In this document: positions 8,001-16,878 of the stretch, one piece after another
Numbering within the stretch: the first letter of the stretch is position 1
Layout of the letters: the number at the start of each line of letters is the position of its first letter
Virus record (IMG/VR): IMGVR_UViG_2841729706_000003
Coordinates: 1-41,667 of that record
From: a virus
Taxonomy: Duplodnaviria > Heunggongvirae > Uroviricota > Caudoviricetes
Direction: 5' to 3' (one strand)
DNA length: 41,667 nt
Notes under the pieces: model-generated
Databases searched by the model: none
The model's input: the letters and a program-made list of their open reading frames with translations, nothing else
Told to the model about the DNA's origin: nothing
Program-made: the position numbers and the translations under genes

Positions 8001-8981
8001 GGCGTCGTCGGGCGTGCCGCCATAGGCAGGCTTGCCGTCGACATAGGAGACGATGGTCGCGGTGTCGCGCGTCAATGCGCTGACGCGCCATTGATGCGGC
8101 CGCGTCCTTTTGCGCGACTCTATCTTCGGGCGGATGCTGCAGGTGCCGGCGCGCAGATCGTCGCCGAACCAGGAGACGACAAGCATAACCTGCCGGATCG
8201 ACGGGCAGACCATCTGAAGGCGGTCGATCGACGCGACTATATCCGTCGAAGCGGCCAGCGTGTGGCGGTTCTCGCTCGGCCCGTCGACCTGGTGAACGTA
8301 TTCGGTGTCGAGGCCGTGCTCGTTGCCGGGGATCACCGCCACGCCCCGGACCATCGGCTCCAGATCGCCAACCGGCCGGAACACCTCGGCCGTGATCTGC
8401 GGCAGGCGGTTGCCGTAGTTCGTCAGGTCCATGCGCTCGAAAACGATGTAGCAAAGGCCGCGATAGGCAGGTGCCGCCCCTTCCTTGGCCTCGATGAGCG
8501 GGTCCGGCGCCTGCGTCTCGGTTCCAGTATGGACGCGGAACTCGATTTCCTCCTGGTCGACCTCCTTGCCATCGGCCCAGATACGGCCGACGCCGGCGAC
8601 CGGCCCCTGGCAAAGCCCCACGGCGAAATTGCCGTAGTAGCTGTATGTCGTGGTCTCGACCTTCGCCCCGCCGCCGAATCCCTTGCCGCCGCTCTTTTCC
8701 TTGGTGACGACTTCCTCGAAGCGTGTCGCCCAGATCACCTGGCCGGCGGTGCGCGCCCTGCCATAGATGCGATTGATGACGCTGCCTTCGGTCGATGTCT
8801 GGATGTCGGTCGTCGTCAGGCGCGGCCCCTGGCGCCGCTGCGTCGGCGTCAGCGCCGAAACGATGGCCTGATCCGCGAACGAGCCGACGAGACCGCCTAT
8901 CGCCTGACCGACGAGGAAGGCCGTCGAGCCGACCGGGCCGGCCAGAAACCCGCCGGCAAGACCGAGGACAACAGTCGCCAT
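5091..8981 (-). CDS. Large tail-tip/host-specificity protein (RcGTA g15-like; GTA TIM-barrel plus phage-tail domains)
   Basis: 1296 aa; GPRL...TSTEG..I.RIYGR.R.AGQVIWAT, VVSWFGDDLR, YAADWSEY, IGIDNYLPLSDWRDG, RRPLSPVHL, W.RRTRIGGDSW. Confidence 0.92.
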   Translation of the reverse strand: MATVVLGLAGGFLAGPVGSTAFLVGQAIGGLVGSFADQAIVSALTPTQRRQGPRLTTTDIQTSTEGSVINRIYGRARTAGQVIWATRFEEVVTKEKSGGKGFGGGAKVETTTYSYYGNFAVGLCQGPVAGVGRIWADGKEVDQEEIEFRVHTGTETQAPDPLIEAKEGAAPAYRGLCYIVFERMDLTNYGNRLPQITAEVFRPVGDLEPMVRGVAVIPGNEHGLDTEYVHQVDGPSENRHTLAASTDIVASIDRLQMVCPSIRQVMLVVSWFGDDLRAGTCSIRPKIESRKRTRPHQWRVSALTRDTATIVSYVDGKPAYGGTPDDASVIRCIRMLKARGLDVMFLPFMMMDVPPGNSLPDPYSNNAGASGQPAFPWRGRITCSPAASFAGSPDKTATAGTQVSAFVGTAAPGHFGGSGTTVTYSGPAEWSYRRFVLHNAKLAQLAGGVESFLIGSEMVGLSTVRSSASAYPFVTALAALAGDVRSIVGAATKISYAADWSEYHSHRPGDGSGDVFFHLDPLWSNANIDFIGIDNYLPLSDWRDGSGHLDFNPAGPATIYDQAYLRSNVEGGEHYAWYYASKAARDAQTRAPIADGAYNEPFVYRNKDIRGWWSNAHRNRPGGVRSGAATAWTPMSKPIRFTEMGCGAVDKGANQPNIFPDRISSEGGLPWYSTRARDDQMQRSWLQAMIGYYNTAANNPVSSVYGGRMIDLARSNIWAWDSRPWPSFPISRNFWGDWQNWQSGHWLSGRMGAAPAPETIRTILDEAGFGLRLIEPIPGVVDGITVGNVISPRSLLDSLRPAYQFDAVESDGVMKFLARHGRAPVATITADELVINPDSPDAPRFRRTRAQETELPDAIKIKYGDQARDDQAGSSEARRSSGGSQRVVEFSPPVVMADTRAREIAELELHAAWVGRERYAFTLPPSRLAIDPGDVIAFAPSGHPVRVDSAGEAQARRIEAFEIDPLAGGTVDSEPSAGAIAPVVSILQAEAVIADTALLRDEDAPHAPYVAGLMSPFRSGVALWRSPAATGFELDTLIPVPGAIGETIGDVYSGPTVRWDRVNSIYVDLKRGTLTSASELAVLNGANAFMIENQVGEWEVLQFATATPIGGRSWVLTDLLRGQRGTEHAMRDPVPAGARVLVLDQAVGQASVPASLIGMPLNWRVGAADRGVSDPGVSQSTITLRGRGRRPLSPVHLRATRQTNGDFLLKWIRRTRIGGDSWDAAEVPLGEEFERYEIEILNGASVARTVLGLGAPAWLYRVADQAADFGGPITSIAFRVHQISATFGRGIPGTFP

Positions 8982-9443
8982 CTATTCCGCCTCCCCGATC
9001 GGCGGGAACACGAAGACGCCGGCAATCCGCCGCTTCCATGCTGGGTCCAGCGATCCCTCGGCAACGAAGCCCGCGGCCTGATAGGCATGGATCATGCGGT
9101 CCGGTTCGGTGACGATCCCGCAATGCTTGGCCGGCAAGTGCGCGCGCCAACGGAATATGAGCAGGTCGCCCGGTTGCCAGCGGCCGTTCCGGCGCTTTTT
9201 CATATGCCTTGAAGCGGCGTTCAACAGCGTTTCTTCGCCTGTCGTTTCGGCCCAATCGGAAGAATATGGCGGCGGCAGTTCGGGATCGGCGCCATAGACC
9301 TTGCGCCACACGCCGCGCACCAGGCCGAGGCAATCGCAACCGATGTCGCGCGCCGATCCCTGATGCCGGTATGGCGTGCCGATCCAGCGCCGCGCCTCGG
9401 CAATGATCGGGCTGGCGTCAGTTGAAGAACGAGCCGCCATCAT
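8982..9443 (-). CDS. NlpC/P60 tail-associated peptidase (RcGTA g14-like)
   Basis: EARRWIGTPYRHQGS...GCDCLGLVRGVWR...AKHCGI...MIHAY (Cys/His catalytic residues). Confidence 0.93.
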   Translation of the reverse strand: MMAARSSTDASPIIAEARRWIGTPYRHQGSARDIGCDCLGLVRGVWRKVYGADPELPPPYSSDWAETTGEETLLNAASRHMKKRRNGRWQPGDLLIFRWRAHLPAKHCGIVTEPDRMIHAYQAAGFVAEGSLDPAWKRRIAGVFVFPPIGEAE

Positions 9444-10296
9444 TCACCTCGTCGCGTTTGGCTACGCCGAGCGCGAAATCGTCGCCCGGAATGTGCGGAA
9501 ATCCTCTGAAATTGGCGGTGTTCGAAAAGCGGGCGCGGCACATCTCCCAGCTCTTGTCGCAGCCCGCCACGACCTTGAATCCGTCGCCGGGTGCGACCGG
9601 CAGTGCTGCCCGGCGCCAAAGGGACAGACAGCCGGCGGAATGCCCCCTGATCTCGATCGACGCGCCGGCGTTCGCGCCGCTCGTCCAGGTCAACAGACCG
9701 TTGGCGAAAAGCCTGACAGCAAAGCCGTTCAATCCCGACACCGACAGCAGCCGGTCGTCGGTCGACGAAATCACCTGACCGGTGCCCGAGAATGCGGCCT
9801 GGGTGAGATTGACCTTGCAGCGCCCGTCGCCAAGCACCGCGTCGCAAAGGCGCTGATAGGTGCGCCCGGTCTCCTGGTTGAGCCGGTGTGCCAGGCCACG
9901 GATTTCAGCCTCATAGGCGAGATCACCGCGCGTTACCTCGCCGATCGAGCCGCGCCGTTCGATAAGGCGGTTCGCGACATTGCTCCAATCCACGATCCAC
10001 GCCTCGACATTGGCATCGTCCCAGAGGCCAAGGGAGATATCGCCATCGGTAATGCGGTCCGACGAGACCGCGCCGGCGACTTCCATCGTGTCTACGGCAA
10101 GGCCCAAAGTGGCCTCGGTTTCGGACGCGCTGAAGCCGGTTTCCGGCTCGTAGTCGACGCCACCGAATGTCAATATCCGGTCGTGATCGGTGAAGCCCAT
10201 CACCATGCCGTCGCGCCGCTCCAGGCGCCAGCAGCGGCAAAGCGTGGTAACGCCGGAAGCGACGAGGTTTGCAAGGCCCAGAGGAACCGTCTTCAT
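9418..10296 (-). CDS. DUF2163 baseplate hub protein (RcGTA g13-like)
   Basis: TTLCRCWRLERRDG..MGFTDHD, CDAVLGDGRC, GCDK...CR.RF.N..NFRGFPHIPGDD. Confidence 0.93.
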   Translation of the reverse strand: MKTVPLGLANLVASGVTTLCRCWRLERRDGMVMGFTDHDRILTFGGVDYEPETGFSASETEATLGLAVDTMEVAGAVSSDRITDGDISLGLWDDANVEAWIVDWSNVANRLIERRGSIGEVTRGDLAYEAEIRGLAHRLNQETGRTYQRLCDAVLGDGRCKVNLTQAAFSGTGQVISSTDDRLLSVSGLNGFAVRLFANGLLTWTSGANAGASIEIRGHSAGCLSLWRRAALPVAPGDGFKVVAGCDKSWEMCRARFSNTANFRGFPHIPGDDFALGVAKRDEVNDGGSFFN

Positions 10297-10336
10297 GCTT
10301 TCCCCCTCGCGCCGGCGGCGCTCGACGCCTCTTGTT

Positions 10337-10972
10337 TCAAACCCTGATCTCCTTCAGCAGGATCGAGGGAATGTCGCCGATCGTCGCCGTGCGATGGCTG
10401 ATCTGGTCGAGCCGGCAATCGAAGCGGACGGGCACATGGAACTCGCCGCCCCAGGTGAGCGAAGCACCTGCGGCTGGCGCAGCAGTGAAGGTGACGATGC
10501 CGGTCGCCGCATCGAGCGACCAGCCCGACGAGAGTTGCGCGCCGTTCAAGCCGATCCTGACCGTGCCGGCGACCGGCTTACGAATCGGCCGGAAGAATTC
10601 ATGCGCGCCGCGCGCATAGCGCTTGATCAACTGAAATTGTCGGTTGCTGCCGTTGCCGGTGCCGAGGTCCTGATCGGTATGGGTCGGCACCTGATGCGGC
10701 GCGCGCGAGCGATAATCCGACCAGTCCTTGAGGCGGAAACCCTTCAGCCGGCCCATGGCGACATAATAGAGTTCCAGCACTTCATAGAGTTCGTTCTGCG
10801 TCCGGACGCCGTAGCGGGCGTCATAGGTGCGGCGCGGCTGCGAGATGCGGGTGTTGCGCTCCTCGTGGCCGGATGACAGCTCGACGATTTCAGCCGGCCA
10901 GTCCGGACCGCCGGCGGTGCCGGACGAGACGTGAACGGGGAAGAGCTGATCCTCAAGGAAAGGTGCGGCCAT
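10337..10972 (-). CDS. DUF2460 distal tail protein (RcGTA g12-like)
   Basis: GGPDW...IVELSSGHEERN, GRLKGFRLKDWSDY, RPIRKPVAGTV, GGEFHVPVRFD. Confidence 0.93.
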   Translation of the reverse strand: MAAPFLEDQLFPVHVSSGTAGGPDWPAEIVELSSGHEERNTRISQPRRTYDARYGVRTQNELYEVLELYYVAMGRLKGFRLKDWSDYRSRAPHQVPTHTDQDLGTGNGSNRQFQLIKRYARGAHEFFRPIRKPVAGTVRIGLNGAQLSSGWSLDAATGIVTFTAAPAAGASLTWGGEFHVPVRFDCRLDQISHRTATIGDIPSILLKEIRV

Positions 10973-10975
10973 CGC

Positions 10976-12949
10976 TTAGCTGAACCTTTCGCTGCGCGAG
11001 GCAAGCCGGCCGGCGGCGCGTGCCAGCGACGAGCGGCTTTCGCCAAAGGCCTTCGGGTTCGGCGTCTCGACATGGAAATTGTTGATGACCGTCTGCCCGC
11101 CGCCGCCATACTTGCGCGAAAGATCGTCCGGCCAGCCGATCTCCTCGCCGTCCATCGCGATCACCGGGCGCTCGCCCGGTTTCAGCCATCCACCGCCATG
11201 CATGCGCGGCGCGTCCATGAAAACGCTTGGCGGGACCATGCGCGAAGTCGACGGCATCGGGCCGACCCTGCCGCCGCCGTGATAGAGCCCGACGCCGACA
11301 GCGGAAGGCGCCGGCGGGAAATAGTTGAGGCCGGTGCCGCCGATGCCGAGAAGATTGCCGATCAGGCCGAAAGCGCCGCCGGCGCCCGATGCCTTGCCGC
11401 TGCCGAGCAGCAACTGGTCGAGCGCGCCCAGGGAGAGATCAAGGAAGCGCTGCGAGACGGACTGGATGACGGTGCCGAGTGCGGCCCCGGCATCCTTCGT
11501 TTGCCACAGCGTCATGCCGAACTGGCGCATGGAACCGCGCAGCACGCCGAACTCATCGGCAAGCCCGCCGGCGGCTCCCGCTCGGCCGGCTGTCGCGCCT
11601 GCCATCGGCAGCGATCCGACATAGCCGCCGGCGGCATAGCCTTTCACGCCGCGCCGGATCGCATCGAGATTGCCGACGCCGATGCGCGCCGTCGCTTCGG
11701 CGTCGAAGACATATTCGCGGCCATGGACGAAGCCGGCGATCTGGTCAGGTGGCATGTCGCCCGTCCAGCCGCCGGCGGCGAACTGCCGCCCTTCAAGGAT
11801 CGGCGTCAACGCGGCACGGTTCGGATTGCCGAGGTTAGGGCCGGCGCCACCTGCGGCGATCGACTTCAACAGCCGGTCATATTCGCCAAGCGCGGGAATG
11901 GCCGTTGTCGCGGCGCGTTCCGTCCGCTCGATCTGGTCGGCGCTGCCGCCGATCGCTTCGCCGGCCGTAGCGGCGCTGTCCTTCAACTCGCCGTATTTTT
12001 CGGCCTTGCCGCCCAGAGCGGTCGCGGCCGCTTCCGCATCACCCTTCAGGCCCTGGAGCAGATCGCGGGCGCGCTCCAGCTCCGATTGCAGCTTTGCGGC
12101 GACTTCGGTCTGTTCGAGCAACTGCTCGGCAAAGGCTCGCGACGGTGAATCGGCCGGCAGCGCCTCGGCCAGAGTGGCGATGCGATTGCGAAAGGCGATG
12201 ACATCTGCCTCGCCCTCGCGCAGTTCCTGGCGGAACTTGCGGACTTCTTCGGCGAGCGGGCCAAGGTCGCGGGTGTTGTTGTGCAGGGAGTCGACGGCGG
12301 GGTGAAGTGCGCCGGTCCGATAGTCGTTGGTCGCCGCATCCAGATCGCGCTCCAGGCGGCCGACATTCTGCTGCGCCTGGAAACGCAGCACCGAAGCCGA
12401 ATTGAGGCCGTAGGACGATGCGCCGCCCGCCGCCTCCGCCCATGCGCCCTTGATCCGCTTGACCAACTGCTCATGGCTTTTCAGGTCGCGCTCGATCATC
12501 GGCGCGTTGGAGGTGATTTCGAAGAAAAGGTCGCCGGCCGCACCCGCCGCCGCCTTCAGGCCTTCCCCGATCGCCGTTATGGCAATGCCGGCCGCAAGAC
12601 CGCCGGCAATGCCGACCAGCACGCCCGACAGACCGGAGAATTTCCCCGTCGCGACGCCGGCGGCTTCTCCGAGATTGCCGAGTTCCGGGGTGGCCTTCGC
12701 ACCGGCGTCGGCGACGGCTGAAACATTATCCGCCGCCCGTTGTCCTTCGTCCGCCGTTTCCTTCAGGCCAAGCCGGGCACGGTCGAATTCGGCGGTGTTC
12801 CACTCGATCGGCTTGCCAACCTTCTCGACCTTCTTGGCGGTCTCATCCGCCGCCTTGCCCAGCTCCTCGATCTCGCGCTTGGTCTCTCCCGCCGCCTGCT
12901 TCGCGCCAGTTGCATTCCCATCGATGACGAGTGAGAGGCGCAGCGTCAT
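10976..12949 (-). CDS. Tape measure protein
   Basis: 657 aa, Ala/Gly-rich and helical, between the chaperones and the distal tail; C-terminal FAAGGWTG..FVHGREYV and YHGGG motifs. Confidence 0.88.
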   Translation of the reverse strand: MTLRLSLVIDGNATGAKQAAGETKREIEELGKAADETAKKVEKVGKPIEWNTAEFDRARLGLKETADEGQRAADNVSAVADAGAKATPELGNLGEAAGVATGKFSGLSGVLVGIAGGLAAGIAITAIGEGLKAAAGAAGDLFFEITSNAPMIERDLKSHEQLVKRIKGAWAEAAGGASSYGLNSASVLRFQAQQNVGRLERDLDAATNDYRTGALHPAVDSLHNNTRDLGPLAEEVRKFRQELREGEADVIAFRNRIATLAEALPADSPSRAFAEQLLEQTEVAAKLQSELERARDLLQGLKGDAEAAATALGGKAEKYGELKDSAATAGEAIGGSADQIERTERAATTAIPALGEYDRLLKSIAAGGAGPNLGNPNRAALTPILEGRQFAAGGWTGDMPPDQIAGFVHGREYVFDAEATARIGVGNLDAIRRGVKGYAAGGYVGSLPMAGATAGRAGAAGGLADEFGVLRGSMRQFGMTLWQTKDAGAALGTVIQSVSQRFLDLSLGALDQLLLGSGKASGAGGAFGLIGNLLGIGGTGLNYFPPAPSAVGVGLYHGGGRVGPMPSTSRMVPPSVFMDAPRMHGGGWLKPGERPVIAMDGEEIGWPDDLSRKYGGGGQTVINNFHVETPNPKAFGESRSSLARAAGRLASRSERFS

Positions 12950-13299
12950 GTGGCCGTACTCCTGTTGAGTGCGTTACGGGCCGCTTGCTCCATGATCTGG
13001 ATGCCGGTCATCAGGTCGGCGTCGAGCGCTATCCCGCGCGCATCGAGTGCGACGCGAATGCCCGCATAGTCGAGGCCGATCCAGAGTGTCGTCATGCGCC
13101 TTTCCACCATCGTCGTCGCCGTCCGCCACTGGCTGGCAGCGAACAGGAAGGCGTCGACCGCCTTGCGATTGTCGGGCCAGACACCGGCGAAACCGGCACC
13201 AAGCGGCTGCCACAACGCGGCCTTGAGCGCTACGATCTCGGCTTCCGGCAGTTGCCAGCGCCGCGCATCCGCGACCGCCTCTTCCTCCTCGCCGGGCAC
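12946..13299 (-). CDS. DUF1799-like tail assembly chaperone T part, probably made as a -1 frameshift fusion with the upstream chaperone
   Basis: VWPDNRKAVDAFL...QWR...GLDYAGIRVAL...IQIMEQAA. The frame stays open upstream to the slippery site. Confidence 0.85.
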   Translation of the reverse strand: MPGEEEEAVADARRWQLPEAEIVALKAALWQPLGAGFAGVWPDNRKAVDAFLFAASQWRTATTMVERRMTTLWIGLDYAGIRVALDARGIALDADLMTGIQIMEQAARNALNRSTAT

Positions 13300-13320
13300 C
13301 TCGGCACCCGCGAGGAGATC

Positions 13321-13359
13321 GCCTGCCGCCCAGCTCCGGGCGGTGGCTGTCAGTTTCCC
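13321..13359 (-). promoter_or_regulatory. Programmed -1 ribosomal frameshift signal: G GGA AAC plus a 3' hairpin
   Basis: GGGAAAC at 13359-13353, in X XXY YYZ register just before the stop. Stem-loop GCC-A-CCGCCCG-GAGC-UGGGCGG-CA-GGC at 13347-13321. Confidence 0.85.
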
Positions 13360-13673
13360 GAGAGCGCCTCACGAAACGTCGCGTGATAGGCGTTCACCAT
13401 CGCTAAGCGGACATGGGAGAGGTCGATAAGCTGGTCGCGGATGGCGTCGCTGTAGGCTAACGATTTTCCGTCGAGCGTCTGGATGTCCTCAACGTCCTCC
13501 AACGTATCGACGAGGAAATCGCGGGTCTGCTCCGGATTGTTCAGATCGTATGCGTTGTACTCACTCGCCGGCAAAGCGCGGAATTTGACGCGGAAATCCT
13601 CGTTGGCGCCGCCGCCGAGCGGCCGCACCGTCACTTTCGCCCAGAATGTCGGATTTGGATCGAGTCTGTACAT
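13350..13673 (-). CDS. Tail assembly chaperone (lambda gpG-like)
   Basis: 107 aa between the tail tube and tape measure genes; ends in the slippery heptamer. Confidence 0.85.
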   Translation of the reverse strand: MYRLDPNPTFWAKVTVRPLGGGANEDFRVKFRALPASEYNAYDLNNPEQTRDFLVDTLEDVEDIQTLDGKSLAYSDAIRDQLIDLSHVRLAMVNAYHATFREALSGN

Positions 13674-13698
13674 GTTGCCTTCCTTTCCTTCGAAGCTT

Positions 13699-14631
13699 TC
13701 AGGTGAGCGTGAGCGTCCACTGGTCGTTGCCGGCTGTCGGCAGCGGCACCATGCGCAGCGGCCATTCCTTGACGTTCTGGCTGTTCTCGAAACCCTGCAG
13801 GCGCTGCACCTGGGCGCCGCCGATCATCAGCGTGGCGATGCGGCCGGCGGTTTTGCCATGCACCAGGCGAACCGGCACCGCGTTCTGGTCGAGCGCCTCC
13901 GAGAACGGGTCCCATGTCGTAAGGGGCACGGCCTCGACCTGGGCCGTCGCGAGGTCTCCTCGATCGACGATCAGGACGCTTTCAGAGCCGACCAGGAACC
14001 GGGTCTGGACGTCATTGGCGAGATCCAATGCAAAGGAGCGCATGACGAGCGAAACGCCGTCGACGGTAAAGGTCGGCGTGTTGGCGCTTGTGACCAGATC
14101 GGGCTTGAGGAAGGCCGAAAGCGTCGGCGTCGGCCGCGTCTGCTCGGTCGGAAGTGAGAACAGGCCGAGGATGGTGAATTCCAGATAGGCGATGCCTTGC
14201 GCCGTGAAGCGCAGCGCGCAGGTGCCGCGCGAACCCTTCATGACGTAGCGGGTGGAGCCGACCCAGAAATGTATGGTGCCGCTTTCGTGGCTGTCGGTGA
14301 CCGGATTGAAGGCGACCGACGTTCCCGGCGTGAGCGTCTGCGCCACGCCGCAAAGGCGAAGCAGCGGCGCCCAGGCTGGCGCGGTGCCGGGCGACCCGGA
14401 CGGAACCAGTTCGACGCGGAAAGTCATGCGGCTGTGCAGCCCGGCCGGGAGCGTCGCCTGCGCAGCGAGCCAGGGCAATTCGAGTTCCCGGCTTACATCC
14501 TGGCCTTCCATCGGCTGGAAAACGATGTTGGTGGCGAGGATGCCATTCGCCAAGCCGGTAGGTGCGGAGTCGGTGCCGTAAATCGTCTCGATCTTGGCGA
14601 GAAGGATTTTCGATTTCCATTTGATCGCCAT
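13699..14631 (-). CDS. Major tail tube protein (siphovirus type)
   Basis: KSKILLAKIET.YGTD..PT, F.VEL..SG.PGTAPAW..LL..CG. No sheath gene is present. Confidence 0.85.
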   Translation of the reverse strand: MAIKWKSKILLAKIETIYGTDSAPTGLANGILATNIVFQPMEGQDVSRELELPWLAAQATLPAGLHSRMTFRVELVPSGSPGTAPAWAPLLRLCGVAQTLTPGTSVAFNPVTDSHESGTIHFWVGSTRYVMKGSRGTCALRFTAQGIAYLEFTILGLFSLPTEQTRPTPTLSAFLKPDLVTSANTPTFTVDGVSLVMRSFALDLANDVQTRFLVGSESVLIVDRGDLATAQVEAVPLTTWDPFSEALDQNAVPVRLVHGKTAGRIATLMIGGAQVQRLQGFENSQNVKEWPLRMVPLPTAGNDQWTLTLT

Positions 14632-14632
14632 T

Positions 14633-14797
14633 TCAAGCCTCCTTCGAAGCGGCTTCTTCGGCCGCGCTTTCGGACACGAGCGTCCCGTCCGGCATCATGA
14701 CGAAGCTGCCGCCCTGCTGCGGCAGCGCCGGCGGCACCGACGCGGGAGCCGGTTCCGGTTTCTGCGGCGCGGCTTGTTCTGGCTGGGGCTTTTTCAC
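14633..14797 (-). CDS. Small Pro/Ala-rich hypothetical protein (54 aa)
   Basis: GTG start overlapping the gp37-like stop (GTGA); GGSFVMMPDGTL motif; fills the gap to the tail tube gene. Confidence 0.6.
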   Translation of the reverse strand: MKKPQPEQAAPQKPEPAPASVPPALPQQGGSFVMMPDGTLVSESAAEEAASKEA

Positions 14798-15234
14798 GGG
14801 AACGTCCTCACCTGTTGCTGAAGGGCGAAATCGAGCTGGTAGATGACGGCGCCGGCCTCGACCGAGAGGAGCTGGCCGCGGCGAAGATGAAAGACGCCGA
14901 TCGCCTCGTCCGGACCCCAGCCGCAAACCGCGTCGATGATCGCCCAGACCGTCGCGTCGATCGTCGGCATGGCCTTGCCGCCGGTTATGTCGCCGGAGGC
15001 GCGGACGAAGAGGACCACGCCGAAAACCTCGTCGACCATCTGGGTAAAGGCACCGGTCGAGGCGTCGCCTTCGGACCTGGCATGGAGGCCGAGCGGCAGG
15101 ACGAAGGCGAAGGGCGAGGCCTGCGGCAGCGCCTTGCGGCGGATCAGTTCGGACATCTCGGCGGCGGCTTCCACGCGGCCCTTGAGCGGGTCGACGGCCG
15201 TGCCGAGATGCGCGACGAGATCAGCGACCAGCAT
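14794..15234 (-). CDS. Mu gp37-like tail terminator
   Basis: MLVADLVAHL...P.AFVLPLG...QMVDEVFGVV...WGPD...G.LLSVEAGAVIYQLDF. SD GGAGGG. Confidence 0.75.
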   Translation of the reverse strand: MLVADLVAHLGTAVDPLKGRVEAAAEMSELIRRKALPQASPFAFVLPLGLHARSEGDASTGAFTQMVDEVFGVVLFVRASGDITGGKAMPTIDATVWAIIDAVCGWGPDEAIGVFHLRRGQLLSVEAGAVIYQLDFALQQQVRTFP

Positions 15235-15736
15235 TGGCCCCTCCATCGTCCTCGGCTCCAAGCCAGTCGGCACTAAGCGCCCGGATTTCGGCCTCATCGT
15301 CCTGGTCGAGGCCAAGGAAGGCGCGCTGTGGAATGGTCACTTCCTGTTTCGTGATCCAGCCGCCATTGCCCAGGCCGCGAAAACGCAGGCCCTTGGAGGT
15401 CTTGGCCCTGATCGCGCCGCCCATCTGGTGGATAGCGGCATGGATTTCGTTCGTGCCGACCGCGACGGAACTTTCGGTCGCCTCATGGGTGATAGACTGG
15501 ACCAGGCGCGCCGTGTCGGTGAGCGTCCGGCCGCCGACAGTCAGGGCGCGCAGCGATGCGGGCCACGGATTGCCTTCCGGGTCGGTCTCGTCCTCGAAAC
15601 GCTTCTGTGTCGACACGACCAGCGACGCGCCGATCGCGTCGAACAGGCCGCGCTTGTCATCTGTCCGCTCGATCGTGCGCGACAGGAAAGCGAGCGTCTC
15701 CTCCCGGCCGGTCAGCTCCATGCGGGCGCCGGCCAT
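15221..15736 (-). CDS. Mu gpG-like virion morphogenesis protein
   Basis: RFEDETDPEGNPW, LTDTARLVQSI, VGTNEIHAAIHQMGG, IPQRAFLGL. Confidence 0.9.
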   Translation of the reverse strand: MAGARMELTGREETLAFLSRTIERTDDKRGLFDAIGASLVVSTQKRFEDETDPEGNPWPASLRALTVGGRTLTDTARLVQSITHEATESSVAVGTNEIHAAIHQMGGAIRAKTSKGLRFRGLGNGGWITKQEVTIPQRAFLGLDQDDEAEIRALSADWLGAEDDGGANAGR

Positions 15737-16164
15737 CAGATATAGCCCTTCATCGTTTCAGCGGTCATAGGGCGTTCCGGCTGGTTCGTGCGAACCTCCG
15801 AAGCGCCGGAAGCGGCAGGCTCGGCGCCGTCCAGGTCGAGCCGGATCAGCCCGATCGATATGTCGCGCAGCGCCTTCAACGCCTCCTCATAGTCCTTGCG
15901 GATTTTCTCGGCCGCGACATGCGCATGGGCGTAGTAGATCGCAATCCGCAGCGACAGGTCCGTGACCAGGCGCGGCACCGAGGCGAGCGGCAGGGCGTAA
16001 CGCACCTTCAGGTAGCCGTCGATCAGCGCGTCGGCGTCTGCGATGGCGCGATCGACAAGCACCTGGTCGATCGTTCCGGTGGGCGCATCGCCACGGTCGG
16101 AAATATCGACCAGCATGCGTTCCGAATAGCGGTCGATCAGCTCCTGAAGGGTGCAATAAGCCAT
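15736..16164 (-). CDS. Mu gp36-like (DUF1320) head-tail adaptor
   Basis: MAYCTLQELIDRY...AIADADALIDGYL..RY.LPL...Y..ALK.LRDIS.G.I.L. Confidence 0.92.
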   Translation of the reverse strand: MAYCTLQELIDRYSERMLVDISDRGDAPTGTIDQVLVDRAIADADALIDGYLKVRYALPLASVPRLVTDLSLRIAIYYAHAHVAAEKIRKDYEEALKALRDISIGLIRLDLDGAEPAASGASEVRTNQPERPMTAETMKGYI

Positions 16165-16168
16165 AGGG

Positions 16169-16846
16169 TCAAACCAGCTCGACCGTAAGCAGCGGCTCGG
16201 CCAGAAGCCGTTCCAGCTCGTTCGGCGTGAAGTGTTCGACCGCGTGATCGGTCGCGGCTTTCGGATGCGCGAGGCCACAGCGGCGGAAACCATCGCGTTT
16301 CGCGCTGATGCGAACGGTCGGGCCGGCTTTGATGCTGCCCATCGACCCCGCCAGTTCCGCCCAACGTTGCACAGCCTCGATGACCAGCGGATACCGCCGG
16401 CGCGCTTCGTCTTCCCCCAGCTCTTCAAGCTCCAGCCACGCGGCATGTCCCGGCGGCACGACGGAGGCGCCCAATTCTGGCGCGCCTCCGTCGCCCTTCT
16501 CGCTCTGCGGGGTATTGGGGAACAAGGCAGCGACATCGCCGCCGATGTTTTCGATCGCTCTTTCCAGCATTTCACGATCAGCGGAATTGGTCCCGGCCGG
16601 AGCGTCGCCGAACGGGTCGGCCGAGGCGGACGGCGAACCCGTCCCAGGTGCGCCGGACGCATCCGGGCGATCCTCTGGCCGTTCATTGGACAGCCGCGCT
16701 GCCGCAGCCGCGATCCATTCGGCCTTGACACCGTTCTGGCCCGCAACCGCATTGTGAGCAAGTTGCTCGAAAGTCGTGATGCCGGCGGCTGCGAGCTTGT
16801 CGGCCGCGGCCTTGCCGATGCCCTTGATGGTGGTCAGATCGTCCAT
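16169..16846 (-). CDS. Helix-hairpin-helix domain fused to an HI1506/Mu gp35-like domain
   Basis: N-terminal DDLTTIKGIGKAAADKLAAAGITTFEQLA (HhH), low-complexity linker, C-terminal KRDGFRRCG.AH...L..L.AEP.L.V. SD GAGGA. Confidence 0.75.
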   Translation of the reverse strand: MDDLTTIKGIGKAAADKLAAAGITTFEQLAHNAVAGQNGVKAEWIAAAAARLSNERPEDRPDASGAPGTGSPSASADPFGDAPAGTNSADREMLERAIENIGGDVAALFPNTPQSEKGDGGAPELGASVVPPGHAAWLELEELGEDEARRRYPLVIEAVQRWAELAGSMGSIKAGPTVRISAKRDGFRRCGLAHPKAATDHAVEHFTPNELERLLAEPLLTVELV

Positions 16847-16878
16847 GTTGCCATCCTCACGTTGCCGGTTCGGAAACT

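Noticed and set aside
5139-9212. 1357-aa plus-strand ORF (also 9376-10347, 10931-12148, 16776-17894, 28294-29601 and similar)
   Set aside because: These are antisense shadows of well-supported GC-rich minus-strand genes, with no recognisable motifs and no coupling to neighbours.
5091-10972. Gene transfer agent cluster
   Set aside because: The GTA-like tail genes are embedded with a Mu head, transposase and lysis genes, so this is a prophage, not a GTA.
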